DNA from: the human T2T-CHM13v2.0 reference genome, Homo sapiens
Reading direction: 5' to 3' (one strand)
Length of the DNA stretch: 64,000 nt
Assembly (NCBI RefSeq): GCF_009914755.1
Contig: NC_060927.1
In this document: positions 1-12,800 of the stretch, one piece after another
How the letters are laid out: every line of letters begins with the position of its first letter
How positions within the stretch are numbered: position 1 is the stretch's first letter
Translations under genes and position numbers: made by a program
Notes under the pieces: generated by a model
Told to the model about the DNA's origin: nothing
The model's input: the letters and a program-made list of their open reading frames with translations, nothing else
The model's database searches: none

Positions 1-853
1 AAGCTTTGAGAGGCTTTTCAGAAAAGTCTAATCTGAGGTTCCTTATGAAAAAGTTTTAGCGAAGCCAACTTAAAAAGAGCCTATGTGGTCAATTGTCATT
101 CTTACCAAATTTATGTAATCATTAGGTCAAAGACTAAACTTATTTTACAAGCTAGTCTTACTATGATTTATCTTTTGTAGAAAGGTGGGACTGGAGGGAG
201 AAAAATTATATTTAAGAAAAAAGAAACTATAGTGTACTTGTTATTAGATTACAGCCCTGTCCATTTTTTAGTTTTTTTAAAATTCTGGACTGAATTTTAA
301 AGTTGTAGTTCCCTCCAATATCTGGCTGCAACTGTCTTGACTAATGTTTTAAATTTTTCTCCCACCTTTTTGACTTGAAATTACTAAAATTAAAACTGCC
401 TTTTTCCTAAAGCCCTGAAAGATGAAGCTAGTCAACTTGCCTTTAAAGAAAAATTACTGCAATAGTTTATATTTGGACAAACTTTACACATATACTACAA
501 CCCAGGAAAATCTATCAGATTGCCACTGGTCTTCTCAGATGACTGCCCTCTGCTCTAGATGAACCTACTTTATAGACTGCTCCAGACATTAATGTGTTTT
601 TTTTTCCGATTTCATAAACATGTCTCTTATTAAAGATCTGTTTGCCTGAATATAGAGGCCTAACTTTAAGATCCCATTTGCAACTCGGTTTTCTAAAATG
701 AGACACAACTGTGTAATTGGACTGGCCTATTCCCAGAATGAGATTACTTTAATAGGATCCTTTGTCAATTAGCTACTAACTCAGTTTTTCTTTTCACATC
801 CACCAACTCAGTTTTCAGTAGGCAAAATTTCTAGGGAAGTTTCAGGTGGGAAT
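1..853 (+). mobile_element. 3' end of ERV1 internal region (MER4-group, MER34/LTR48/LTR49-int-like)
   Basis: Non-coding motifs recalled from MER4I-group 3' internal sequence (AAAGCCAACTTAAAAAGAGCCTATG; AAAACTGCCTTTTTCCTAAAGCCCTG). Ends in a purine-rich tract (GGGAAGTTTCAGGTGGGAA) just before an LTR. Confidence 0.65.
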
Positions 854-1579
854 TTTGGGGCTCAGAAACCAATATGCCCTTTGACGTGCTGAACTAAAGA
901 AGTGGCCTCAAGGTCACTCTGAGCTTCCTCCCCTGACCTTCAGATATGGGAATGTTGTGACTCAGAAACCAATAACTCCCAGTACACACTTTGACATACT
1001 GGACTAAAGGAGCAGCATCAAAGTCATTCTGACCTTCCTACCCCTACCCAACACCTGTCTCTCAAGGGTCTCTCTCTCCCAAAGCACAGGCTGAAGGTTT
1101 TTTCTTTTTCCTTTTTTTTTTTTCTGAAGTTCCTATATCTGCCTAGAAACTGGACCTGACAAAGGACACAATTGCATTATCTGGGTTTTCATTAACTTAA
1201 CTCAAATTGCAGAAAGAGAGACAAAAATCTGTCAACATATCTAGACAGACTTTTGTCACAAACAATTGTTTGCTTTGTAGACCCAATAGACTTAGTAACA
1301 GGCTGTTGTGTGTTGTCTAAGCCCATTGAATCCCCCTAAAAATCATTTACTATCCCTCAAATTGCTACATTTTCCTCATCTCCCTTGCCCTAATGAAGAA
1401 GATTATATAAATATCTGTATCCAATTGGGTTATCGAATAATTATTCTCCTACAATTTCCCATACTATGCACGTTAAAATAAATTTTGATATGTCTTTTCG
1501 CTTGGTAATCTGCCTTTTATCAGTATATTTTTCAGTGAACTTTCAGAGAGTGAAGGATAAGTTTTCCCTTTGCCCCTGC
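853..1579 (+). mobile_element. ERV1 3' LTR (LTR48/LTR29/MER39-group), with duplicated 5' end
   Basis: Starts TTTTGGGGCTCAGAAACC and again TGTTGTGACTCAGAAACC (953). Has AATAAA near 1477 and ends TTTTCAGTGAACTTTCAGAG...CCCCTGCA. Termini match the LTRs at 48539 and 62255. Confidence 0.7.
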
Positions 1580-1692
1580 ACTGTTCTTGGAGACAGAAAT
1601 ACTGAATTCCATGATAAAATAGATTTTGTGGCCATGTGACCAGGCCCCAGTATCAAGGTTTTCTCAGTTTCCCCCTGGGACACCTGGGATTG

Positions 1693-1855
1693 TGTTTCTC
1701 AACCATACATCAGAATCACCTGTGTTGATTATTAAAATGTGAATTCCTAGGCCCCAGCTCACACATCGTAAAGTCCTGGAGAGCAGGTCCCAGAATGCTG
1801 CATTTTAAATAAGCTTTCATGGTGATTCTCATGCACACTATAGCTTGAAAATTGT
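1693..1855. mobile_element. MER5-type hAT-Charlie DNA transposon relic
   Basis: AGAATCACCTG...AAAATGTGAATTCCTAGGCCCC...GCATTTTAAATAAGC...GGTGATTCTCATGCACAC motifs. Confidence 0.65.
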
Positions 1856-2914
1856 TGGCCCTGTGGCTACTGGCAAGTATAAAACATACTTTGTGGGTGA
1901 CCCAGGAAACTTCCTGAGAACACCTGGGGAAGAATTTGTGTTGAATACTTTTAGGAAGTTGGGTTCACAGTGCCATAAAGAGGAAGGCAGATCCTCTGAA
2001 CTTAGGTGGGAAAGATGTGCAAACATTACGGAGCTTATCTTCTACACAGCTAGACTAGCATTCTGTGTGTAGACAGAGAGCCTGCTGACCTTACATGTCT
2101 AGTGTTTACGCTTCTAGGACCTTGTGCTCTTCTATCCTTCTGTGTTGGCAGGAATTCTGACTTTTGCATTACCTTTGAATTACAAAATTGTCCTTTTCTG
2201 CGTGTTCCTTTTTGCCACTGCAGGCAATTTCTAGAAGAACATTCTTGCCTTTCTTTTTGTGGATGGGTTTCTTTCTCCCCAAAAGACATTTGAAAGAATA
2301 CTCCCTTCTATGTATTGCTCAGTAGACTTTATTACAAGGACACACCACTAAAAAGTACATCTAGCAGTGTGCTAGTCAAAGGAGGGCAGGCAGTGGGGAC
2401 CGGGAAAAAAACTTTGTTAGAAAAGTAGCTAGAAATAACCCATGAGAGAAAAAAAAAATAATACCTCTGATGTAAATCAGTATTTCTTGGGAAATGCTTG
2501 CAAGGAGCAGCCCAAGGCACACTGGTTGGTTTCTTCCATTCCAATGTGGGTATTGGAATTAGAAGCATTGAGAATGTCTAAGTATTGTCTCAGGATTTCA
2601 CTATTTTTATCTTAATCTCACAGTCTGCGAAGGTCTGGGATTGTGTTCAAGTTTTTCTTTGATGGATTAAAAATGGCAGATTTGCAAATGAAATCAGGAA
2701 CATGTCAGATTCAAGAGACCATATCTTAGAATTATAGATGTGAGAGTCCGGATCCCCCAGAGGAAGTTGTGATGTATGACCCAACTACATGGAGATACTA
2801 ATAACAAAGTTAAGTATGAACCAGCTACAGGATACCAAGGGGCACATGGCAAGGAAGATTGCATTTTAATCCAAAAATTTTGACACATGATTATGAAAAT
2901 TTCCAAAAACTTGG

Positions 2915-3070
2915 ATGTCAATTAGTGACAATGTCAGAAGACATTTTCAGTTGAATATGTGCTACTGGTATCCAGTAGGCAGAGGCCAGGGATGTGGCTA
3001 AACAGCCTACATGTTCAGGGTAGTTCCTTAACCCCCAAAAAAGAATTATTCAACCTCACATGTCAAATGA
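2915..3070 (+). mobile_element. MER20 (partial)
   Basis: GACATTTT...GTGCTACTGGTATCCAGTAGGCAGAGGCCAGGGATGTGGCTAAACA...AAGAATTAT, matching the MER20 core. Confidence 0.7.
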
Positions 3071-3149
3071 TCAAAGTTAAATTTGAAAGCAGGGCACAGT
3101 ATTGTCAAGATTAGAGAAATTATCAGAATTATGGTGAAACTGAAAACTG

Positions 3150-4620
3150 TTTCAGCTATTTTTGGAACAATGGGTACCAAAGGCACACTGGAGGAAGTAT
3201 CAAGCTTGTATCCTGAAGACAATATTTGGATGTTAACATGATGAAAAGAAAGGAGAATGCACAATTCCTATTTTTGTTTCCATTGTCTATAAAGTGAAAG
3301 CATTTTCCAATGGAAAAGAAGAAACTAAAAACAAAATAAGGTGATGTTGTGGCCCATGAAGAGTCAGTAAAAGAAAATCCAGTAGATTTAAAATAATTTA
3401 AGTACATGGGAATAAAAGTAATCATGGCTAACAGAAATTAGATGCATGATTTTTGAGACTTAGTCATTGTCATTAATCTCCAAGGACTTATAAAAGAGTT
3501 GTAAAAAATGGTAACAATCAAATGATTTTCTAATTCTCACAAAGCTAGCTTCTGATTGATATTAATTGATAAGCTTGACACAATCTTACAAAATTTTGAA
3601 AAAGATTATTAAATTGTTTATATACTCTTAAAAAAGTGAGGATTCATTGCCACTTGTTTGTATTCATTTAGAAGAAGACATCTGAAGTCAACTTTAGTAT
3701 CTTTATAGGTACCTTGATGAGGTTGGTGGATCTAATTAGAGTTAGATCGAATAAAGAATTCTTGTTGGAGTTCACCAGTTAGAATTCTTCTCAAGGTCCG
3801 CAAAGCATTCCATAGTTTTAGATTCACAGCTGATTGTATGGATCTATGTCCACGTGGGTAGAGGTCTCTGGTGGTGTTCCACAGGCCTCAACTTTTGGTC
3901 TTAGAACTCTTGGTCTTTTTTAAGCCAATGGCTGAATAAAATGACTGAAGCAAGGAAGAATAATGAATATGTTAATTACAATAAAATTTCTATATATCCT
4001 CTCCACAGATTAAAATGATAGATCAAGATCTTCCAAAGGAAATTTAAGAGTGGGAAAAATATGATGCTAAATTTTTCTCAAAAGGTTAAACATGGGACTA
4101 AAAATAAGGAAGACAGTTTTGCAGCAGCTTCTGAAGAATGTCCGGGATTTTGATGGACCACAGCCTGAACAATATTAGATAGTTGTCAAAAGAGATAAAC
4201 TAAGTAATAAAACATTAGATTGCTCAGGAGAAGATTATAAAATGATTTTTTATGCTGACTAGGCCACACAGAAAATTCTGTTGTCTTCTGGCATGATCTT
4301 TTAAGGAAGAATACTATAATTGAACATTTATTAAGGTGAAGATGATGATGAGTTGGTTTAGAGACCATGTCCTGGGAAAAATATTTGAAGGAGCTTAAGA
4401 AAGAAAGAAAAAAGATGTAAAGCAGACCCAATGATTAGCCTCCTCCACATTTTAGAAAAGTTATTACATAAGATGGATTGTTCCATACTAAGAACTAATA
4501 TGGGGGTGTAGAAATTTTAAGATTTTTGCACTTCGTAGAAAATCACTAACAACTGAAATGACATGACAGATGATCCTGGCTGCTTGAGAGTGTTGAAGTA
4601 CCCCAAAGAGGTTGAAGCAA
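3150..4620 (+). mobile_element. Ancient L3/CR1 LINE fragments
   Basis: 3856-3900 translates as EVSGGVPQASTFG (CR1 RT motif SGVPQGSVLGP). L3-like 3' motifs occur at ~4120-4170 and ~4340-4395. Boundaries are fuzzy. Confidence 0.55.
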
Positions 4621-4667
4621 GGAAATTGAAGAAAGAATTCCTTTATTTGAGGGAAGGTGGATTAAAT

Positions 4668-4852
4668 CAGAAGGTCCTACACTTGGTTGCTTACTTGAAT
4701 CACTAGGGAGTTATTTTTTAAAAATACTAATGTCAGAAATCCAACCCAGAGATTCTAATTCAGTAGATGTGAAGCAAGGCCCAAAAGTCTAGATTTTAAA
4801 ACAGAAAGTTCCTCAGATGACTCAGATGTGCAGTCCAATTTAAGAACCACCA
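4668..4852. mobile_element. MER5-type hAT-Charlie relic
   Basis: GAATCACTAGGGAG...AAAATACTAATG...CCCAGAGATTCTAATTCAGTAG...TTAAGAACCAC. Confidence 0.65.
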
Positions 4853-5109
4853 AGGCCTTAAAGCTCTCTCCAGCATTCAACTTCAAGCTGCTGGGGGACA
4901 ACAAAGAGCCATGGAGGATCTTCTTGACAGCACCCTGAGCTGGCTCTGTGGTTCTCCATGCACCACGGAGTTCTCCATGCACTACGAACTTGCACTTATT
5001 CTTTATCTCATTACATTTTGCACAGTGCCTGTCAAAGTCAGGAGCCTCTGTGAGTTGTTTACATGGATTATTTAAAGTAATCGTCATAACAAACAAGCCT
5101 TGCTTGTAT

Positions 5110-5212
5110 AATCATTTTGTGTTTGTGGAAACTGAGGTTCAGAGATATTAGAAAATGACTTAGTAGTAGAATTGGGATTCAGGTCCAGATTGTCTGATGG
5201 CAAAGTTGGTTC
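5110..5212 (-). mobile_element. MIR fragment
   Basis: GGAAACTGAGGTTCAGAGA...GGATTCAGGTCCAGATTGTCTGA (reverse-complement MIR core). Confidence 0.6.
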
Positions 5213-6921
5213 TCTCCATTGATGAGTTCTCCTTCCTTCCACTATGCTATTCTGAAAACGAAAATGTGTTAATGCTTCAGAAACATAAAGGAACATACCC
5301 TGGAAAAGGTAGGAAAATGACAAATGTGACAGATACTTCTTGCTTTTCCCTCCTTACCACCTCCTTCCTCAGACTCTTCAGTTCTACGGGTCCTTCATTC
5401 TCCCTTCTTCCGACACATTAGTGAAGCATATGTTACTTTTACTCTTAAAATAGAATGCCTTTATTTCTTAAGCTGCCAAAACATTTCTGGATCTTTGATT
5501 TTTTTTTTCCCAAATGAACACTAACAATATTTTTATGGTCTACTGAGGATTTTATTTATACAGAATATATCTGAATGGGTTGGAAAGAAAGAAGCTGTTT
5601 CAAGAAAAAGCTCAGTAGGAGTGACCACCATGGCTTTGTCCTCACAAGCATCCTGTCTCAGGCACAATCCATAGACTGGCTGTGACAAGAATGCAGGTAG
5701 GAATACATAGAAAAAACCCCCAGCCAACTACCACCATAATGTGAATATTATTTCTAAAACTTACCCTATAAATTAAGCACAGTGTGCTTGGCTACAAATC
5801 CTATCTCTGAGCTTTAGACTATACATGATCTTCATCATCAAGCATTTGCTCAGAGAATCATGTGTGTTTTTTTTTGCAATAATAACACCGTATGTATGTA
5901 TATGTGTATGTATGTATCCCTCTCTCTCTCTCTCTGAACTTGACTTGTCTCATTAAACATGCGAGTTGGGATTCTAATTTTCCCAAGCACAACTGCTAGA
6001 GAAGTAAATAGTTTAAAAGTATTTATAATCAACATGCTTTTAAATAAGTTTTATAAACACGGAGGGAAAACAGCTCAATATTTTTCAGCTCTCAGCCATT
6101 CCATTACAGTCTCCACAGAACAGGTTTCATACAGCTGATGACCTTTAAACACAAATCACACAAGTTCAAATAGCTCTTTTATTACTAGCACAAATTTAAT
6201 GTATTTTTTAAAAGGACCTCTTTTAAAAAATAGTAAATTTAAATATAATGTGCAGGCAGGCTGCTCAGTTGTGTCTGGCCTTTTTTGTAAATATGATGTA
6301 TGGAGTTCCAATGTAAACACTGTGCCCCAGGTGAAAAGTTCTGCCTTGTGGAATGGCAGGTCTTCAGACAGAGGTAGATAGATGGGTTTTACTGAGCTGT
6401 TTGAAAAGAAAGATGAAAGGTGAGGGCCAACTGTCAAGCTGGTGCAGCCTTGCCAGAGCTTTTTAATAAGACATTATTAGGCTGTAGGAGTCTTTTCAGG
6501 CTTTCAATCCTGTTCACACTTAACTGATTGCACTCCTTCTTCACAGCTGCTTCTCACATAACATCTTCAAGCACTTACTGCAGCCAGAGTGAGGTTTGAA
6601 TTTCAGCCAAGCATTGGATTTCCATTAAATTAAACAAGGAGAAAAAGTTAGAAGAGGAGAGGTATATGTGATGGCGATTGGGCATACTGTCTGGTTTTCA
6701 TGTTCTTTGAGAAATCGTGTTTCACTTAACAAACATCTGTGGAGCTCTGAGTTGGGGAGGAGCATGGTGCATCCAGAGGCTTGGGAGACCCATCTTAGGG
6801 CTGCTGCAAAACAGGGGGCAGGCAGGACTCATTCCTTCTCTGGGCATAGGTTTCTTTATCTGGATATTCAGGTGCTGAATAGATAAGTTTTCTGACTGCT
6901 TTGGGCTCCATGATTCCAGAG

Positions 6922-7316
6922 CAGGAATTAGTAGATTTTCTCTTTAAAAGGCAAGCTGGTAAATATTTTAGGCTTTGTGGGCCAAGAGGCAAAATCAAAG
7001 ATCTTGTACAGGTATTTATATAACAAGAGAGGAAAGAAATATCCATAAATTTTTTTGAAATAATTCAGTATATTAATAATAATTGAGTCCATTGTTTTTT
7101 GTAATGCAGATATTCTATCAAGGAGAAGGACTTTATGTTATTGCTGTTGTTGGGAGGTAGATAACATCTTGCTTAACTGGAACTCAAAGATAGTGTTTCC
7201 CATCATCAGATTGATTGCAAATGTTTATCTGTACAAACTATTTTTAGCTGTCAGGCTATTAAAACACCAGGGGTGAGACCAATGTGGCCCATGGGATGTA
7301 GTATGCCAACCACTGC
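6922..7316 (-). mobile_element. MER58-type hAT-Charlie transposon
   Basis: GTAAATATTTTAGGCTTTGTGGGCC near the left end, and degenerate TIRs (CAGGAATTAGTAGA ... TATGCCAACCACTG). Confidence 0.7.
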
Positions 7317-8149
7317 CTAATGGTGCAGGCTCTTTAAGAGGGTAACACAAGAACTGAGTTAGAAGTAGAGAGCTAAAAAAGGAAAGGTGTCTCAGACAGA
7401 CGGGAAAGCATGAACAAAAGCATGAAAACAGTTCATGATAAATAGCAAAGTTATAGGGCAGTGGAAACTCAGAAGAAGGTGAGGGGATTGGTTCTAGGTG
7501 AACAATTCTTCAGGCAAATGTCACACAAGCAGAATGCATTCTTAATTCATAGGTGACCAATTAAAAATTATTTTTACCTAATCTGACTCAAATTTTCCAC
7601 CTTTGTCACATTCTCTCTATGATCATTTCTATGATTATTTTATTGTCAGTCATTATTCATGACAATTCAATTTTTTAGTTGATTTCTGTAGCTTATAAAA
7701 TTCTACATAACCTGCTATCAAAATTTAGTCATGAGTTGTAATAGATGATATAAGCAAGCAACTTTGGGGGCTCAAGGCATTGCTGAGTTCTGATTGGATG
7801 AAGTAACTGGTCTTATGATTTGTTTAAATGTCAGTCAGTCAGCCAAGGATGTACATTTGGAAGATTTGGATATTGCCTCTGCAGTACAGTCATGTTATAT
7901 GCTTTATAGATTTTACATAGTATACAATAGTTTTACATTTTTGTAAGTAAATATGTACGATGTCATGAATTATGTTGTTGATACAAAAATTAAATCTTCT
8001 TTCCAAAATACCCAGAAAATGAATACCCATTTTGTTGTATAATTTATGCAAACTTTGCCTGTGGGACCGAAGCCAGAATGTTCCATGTTCCTTTTTTGGC
8101 TAAGCAAATGTTGGGTGGTCCAGAGAGGCATCTATCCCATAGCTCTTTG

Positions 8150-8720
8150 TAATGTCTATCATAGCCTGGGTTCTTGGAAAGTAGAGTCTGAGGAAAGGGT
8201 GAAAAGCTGAGGCTTTATATGGGAGATGTAGTCTAGAGCAGGAGAGTGAGGAAAAGAGAAAAGAAAGATGTGAAGTGACATGAAATGCTGCATTGCTGTG
8301 CTCACCATTGCTTTATAATCAACATCGGGAGACATTCTGGTTTGCTTGGCTAATGTATTTACTGAATCTAAAGGATGTCTCCAGCCTGGTTGGAGAAACT
8401 CCAGCTCAGAGAAGTCCATGAGAGCAATAAAGGAGGTGAAATTTATTTGCCCAGCCCTCTCCCCAGCTTCATTTTCTCATTGGTCCAAATACATCTCATG
8501 GAACATAACTCTCCCCCACTTTCTGCTTTACATCATGTGGCCTTTTTAGTGGCAACCTGGGATGCCACACCTTCTTACTTGCAGCGTGGTATTTCATACA
8601 ACTCCAGAAGAGGTGAGAGAATGAGAAACTCCAGGCATATGGCTGCTTGAGCCAGAGGCATGGCAATAGCCCAGGGTGAAGCTTAACATTCCCAGAGCAA
8701 CAGGACAGCCAATGGAGTGT
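8150..8720 (-). mobile_element. Old ERVL solo LTR (LTR33/LTR41-like)
   Basis: CCTGGGTTCTTGGAAAGTAGAGTCTGAG...CTTTATATGGGAGATG resembles the reverse-complement 3' end of an ERVL LTR. Confidence 0.4.
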
Positions 8721-8979
8721 ATGGCTTCTACAAGATCTTTTAGTCAGATGTCAGGTTAGCCTTAGAGGACCACTGCTTCTAGGGAGAGGTCAATAAGCTC
8801 AAGGTGGGATTCAACTGAACCTAAAATGTTAGGTGAAATTCAGATTTCTAGAGAAGTAGAGTGTGCCCTTCCTTATGAAGCAGTTAATAATAACTAGATA
8901 CAGAGATAAAAACCTGAGGACAAATGCTGGGGACTATGAGTAAGCTGTTCTTGCTGTAGTGATCTTAGACTTGTTTCTT

Positions 8980-9450
8980 TGTGTTGTCTGTTGGTTGCCT
9001 ACCCACCTTTCCTCCCACCCTCATCTTCCTCTAATGAAACAACTACAGTTTCACACAATGTCTTGCCTTTTCCATGTGCACACATGCTTCAGGGAAAGCT
9101 ATCCTCACCTCAGACTTGGAGATTGAATCTTGATTACTCAAAACCAATCTAGAAGATCCCATGTCATTTGCTGTGACTGGCTGAGAGATGGGCATGTGAC
9201 TCAATTATGTTCAATGAACATAAATCTGCTAAAGGGTTCTGGGTGAGTTCCCTTGATCATTAGAAAGAGATTTGGATATATATGTTGTCAAGTCTGGATA
9301 TGGTATCTAGATTAGCTATAGCCATCCTAAGGCACTGAGGGAAGCCAGAGTTGGGGGAAAAGTAAGGCAGCAGAGATGATAACAGAGAGTGAAGTGAAGA
9401 ACTTTCATCTTCAATCAGATTTTGTCCATTATGTTAACGAATATCTCCTT
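8980..9450 (+). mobile_element. Old ERVL/MaLR LTR (LTR16/MLT1-like)
   Basis: GTGACTGGCTGAGAGATGGGCATGTGACTCAA motif. Confidence 0.4.
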
Positions 9451-10375
9451 TTCCCTATACAATGCTTGTTGACATTCCTCGGATCAATGAAAAGTCCTTT
9501 ATACTACCATGACAGGAGTTTTGACTTTTTCTGACCATACGTGAGTATATTGTAGACAAGATGTTAACTTTTTCTGGTTTTGACTACACTCAATAACCAG
9601 TAAATAACTATCCCATCATGACATTCTATGTTTCTGTGGGGTTTTAATTGAACTGTAATAAAGGCACGTGTTCAACTTCCCATATTTATGTATCAGAAAT
9701 TTTGCCATAGATGAAGATTAATAGTCAATGTATGGATAGTACCTCTTGGAGTATTTCTGCTCATATGATCAGCCTCATTTTTAAAAGCAGAGAGCTTTTT
9801 TGAGTGCTAATATCCTAGAGTTAGCAATTAGTTATCTTCTCCCATCCAAATTTAATTTTAAGACTTGTACCAGGATATGTTTACATGGCCTGAATAATTT
9901 ACATGCAACACACTCAGCTAGTGTTAGATTGAGCAGTATCAATGTTTGAGATGCCCATGAATTTATCAGCCTTGCTGGAATTACTCCATCCATATTGGAT
10001 GTGACTTCATGGTAAAACTCCATAAACTGATTCCTCAGCCTGAACTTTGTCTAGCTCATCTTTTTTAAGATAGCCTCTGAGAATACTCTATAATCATTCT
10101 CTCTTACAGTCTCTACTCCAGTGGAAGAACCCTAATTGGCTAGCTTACCCACTCATCTCACCACGTGGACTAGTTTACATAGGCCAGAATGGTGTGGCTA
10201 GTCACATGGAGAGCATGGTATATGTCAGAAAATGTTTGTTGTGAATGATAATAAGCCGCCCAGCAACATACATTTAAACAACACCTCTGTGTCTTCTCCT
10301 ACTTCTTCTTCTTTAACTTTGTCTTCCTCTTCTTTGTCGTTGTTGTCATCATCGTTGTTGTCATCTTCCTCTTCT

Positions 10376-10668
10376 TCTTTTTTTTTTTTTTTTTGACAAG
10401 ATCTCACTCTGTCACTGAGGCTGGAGTGCTGTGACATGATCTCAGCTCACTGAAGCCTTGACCTTCTGGGCTCAAGTGATCCTCCTACCTCAGCCTCCCC
10501 AGTAGCTGGGACATGCATGCCACCATGACTGGCTAATTTTTGTATTTTTTATAGAGACAAAATTTTGCCATGTTGCTCAAGCTGGTCTTGAACTCCTGAG
10601 CTCAAGCAATCCACCTGCCTCAGCCTCCCAAGTGCTGGGATTACAGGCATGAACCACCATGCCTGGCT
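10376..10668 (-). mobile_element. AluJ
   Basis: Dimeric Alu with T-tail at 10376-10394. J-type diagnostics CTGGGCTCAAGTGATCCTCC and CTGAGCTCAAGCAATCC; CpG-depleted. Confidence 0.9.
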
Positions 10669-10767
10669 TATTTTCTTCTTATTACAAAAAAGTAGGACAT
10701 TGTCATTGCAGGTCTTTTAGGCAAACAAAATCTAACCATTTTAAATATTTGGTTATATAACTGTTAA

Positions 10768-10880
10768 ACTTTTTCTTTTTTCTTTCCTTGTTTCCTTCTT
10801 TCCTTCCTTCCTTCCTTCCTTCCTTCCTTCCTTCCTTCCTTCCTTCCTTCCTTCCTTTCTTTCTTTCTTTTTCTTTCTTT
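10768..10880 (+). repeat. (TTCC)n/(TTTC)n microsatellite
   Basis: Direct tandem TTCC array visible. Confidence 0.95.
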
Positions 10881-11029
10881 GCATATACACAACATACACA
10901 TAAAGAGTCTTATGTAAGAATGAGGAAATTGGGTTAAAATACTTATGCTATCTGGTATCCTTTTATTTTTTCTTTTCACATGTGGATTTCTTTCCACATA
11001 TGTTTGCTTTCAAAGGTTGCTTGGTGCTT

Positions 11030-12800
11030 TATCATCTGTAAGCATCATAATTTATTTAATCTATTTCTTATTTTCCTGTTGATGGAGATTAATATTATTT
11101 TCTACTTTTCTGTACAGCAAACAATATTGAAATGAAAATACTGATACACATATTTCACATTGTCCCATGACCATCTGCCTGGCAACTCTAAGAGAATCAA
11201 TTTAAAAACTGTTAGAAAAAATAAAAATGCTAAGCAAGGTGGTCAGTTACAAAATGAGTATATCAAAATCAATAGCTTTCCTAATATACCAATAGGAGTT
11301 GGTTAGAAATTTTAATGAAAAAGGAGATCTCATTCACAATAGTAACAAAAGAACAAAATACCTAGGAATAATTAATAAAAAGTGTCTAAGACCTATGTGA
11401 GTAGAATTATAACATTTTATAAGGAAAATACATGGGGAAATAGAAATAATTGTTCATGTATTGGAAGAATCGGTAAGAATGCAAATGCTTCTTAAATTAA
11501 TCTATTCTATCAACCCAGTCCCCATGGAAGTTTCAATTGGATATTTATGAAAAAGAGAGCAAGAGGGGACTGAAAAAACATACCTGCCTCTATTCCCACT
11601 TCAAATTCCTAGAAATAATACAAGCATAGATTTTAAAACTAAAATCTGTAACAATGCTGAAAAACCAGAACAGATCCTGTAGATGGATGGATGTATGTTA
11701 TAAGAAATCCCTGAAGTAATTAGTTCAGATTGGATTGGAATAGCAAACCGACTGTCTAAAACATGAACAGCGTAGTTTTTCTACACAAAATAGGAGCAGT
11801 GTCAGGGAGGTTCAAAATCAGGAGTTGCCAACAGAGGAGAAAGAGGCTCTGGAACAATTCTCAGAATGACTGTGTGAGGTTCTACAGAAGGAGAAGCTGT
11901 GAGAACCAGCAATATTTGCTCCTCTCAATTGTGCCAAGCGACAGACAGCAGAAATGTTTCCCCCTGCAGAGACAATGAATGAGACTCGGGCCTCAGAGAA
12001 AGGACAGTGCCCCAGGTTGTTGATATCATATGCCAGGGAGGGTCCTAATACTAATAAGATAGGCCTGTCTTACGAAGCAGCATGTTCTCTCCCTATAATG
12101 AATAGTGACAAATACAGTTGTCCCTTACTATCCACTGGGGGATTGGTTCTAGGATTCCTATGGATACCAAAATCCATATATGTTCAACTCTCTTATGTAA
12201 AATAGCATATTTGCATATAACCTACATATATCCTCCAGTACAAGTTGAATAGTTTCTAGATTACTTACAAATAATAAAATGTAAATGCTATGTAAATAGT
12301 TATTATACTGTATTATTTTTTATTTGTATTATTTATCTAGAATATTTTCCATCTGTAATGGTTCAGTCTACAGATGTGGAACCCATAGATATGAAGGGTC
12401 AACTGTATAGTATTCTCAGATAGGCTAATAGAGAATCTCAAAATAAAAGATACACACTACCAAGAGTCATTAAGTTGTTGGAAAAACTAACATTATGAAA
12501 AAAGCCATCAGAATCAACAAATAGAAAAATGACCAGCAAAGGTCAGAATTAATAAAGCAAACAGAAAAGGAATGCAAATATGTTTTAGAATCTTCTCATA
12601 AGACTCAATTTAACTGCACCTTATTCATTTTAGTATGTGCATAGTGTTCTAGGATGTGTCATATAGTGTTTAACCCTTACCTTGTTGAAGGACATTTAAG
12701 CACTTTCCAATTTTGCCTTATTATATGCAATGTGCAAAGATGACCCATGTACAAGCCTCTTTGAACATGTATGTGAATATAACTGATATCTTCAGAGGAA
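11030..12800. mobile_element. Old L1M/HAL1 fragments in mixed orientation
   Basis: 11165-11550 (+) resembles L1 ORF2 (AAAATCAATAGCTTTCC; CATTCACAATAG; AAAATACCTAGGAATAA). Minus-strand L1 3' pieces lie at ~11030-11150 and ~12610-12800. Confidence 0.55.
12115..12405 (+). mobile_element. MER2 (TcMar-Tigger MITE)
   Basis: TIRs CAGTTGTCCCTT / AAGGGTCAACTG flanked by TA on both sides (12113-14, 12406-07). Internal GGATACCAAAATCC and TTTGCATATAACCTAC. Confidence 0.9.

Noticed and set aside
1-6. Window begins with AAGCTT (HindIII site)
   Set aside because: Possibly a clone end or chance; a technical feature, not a biological one.
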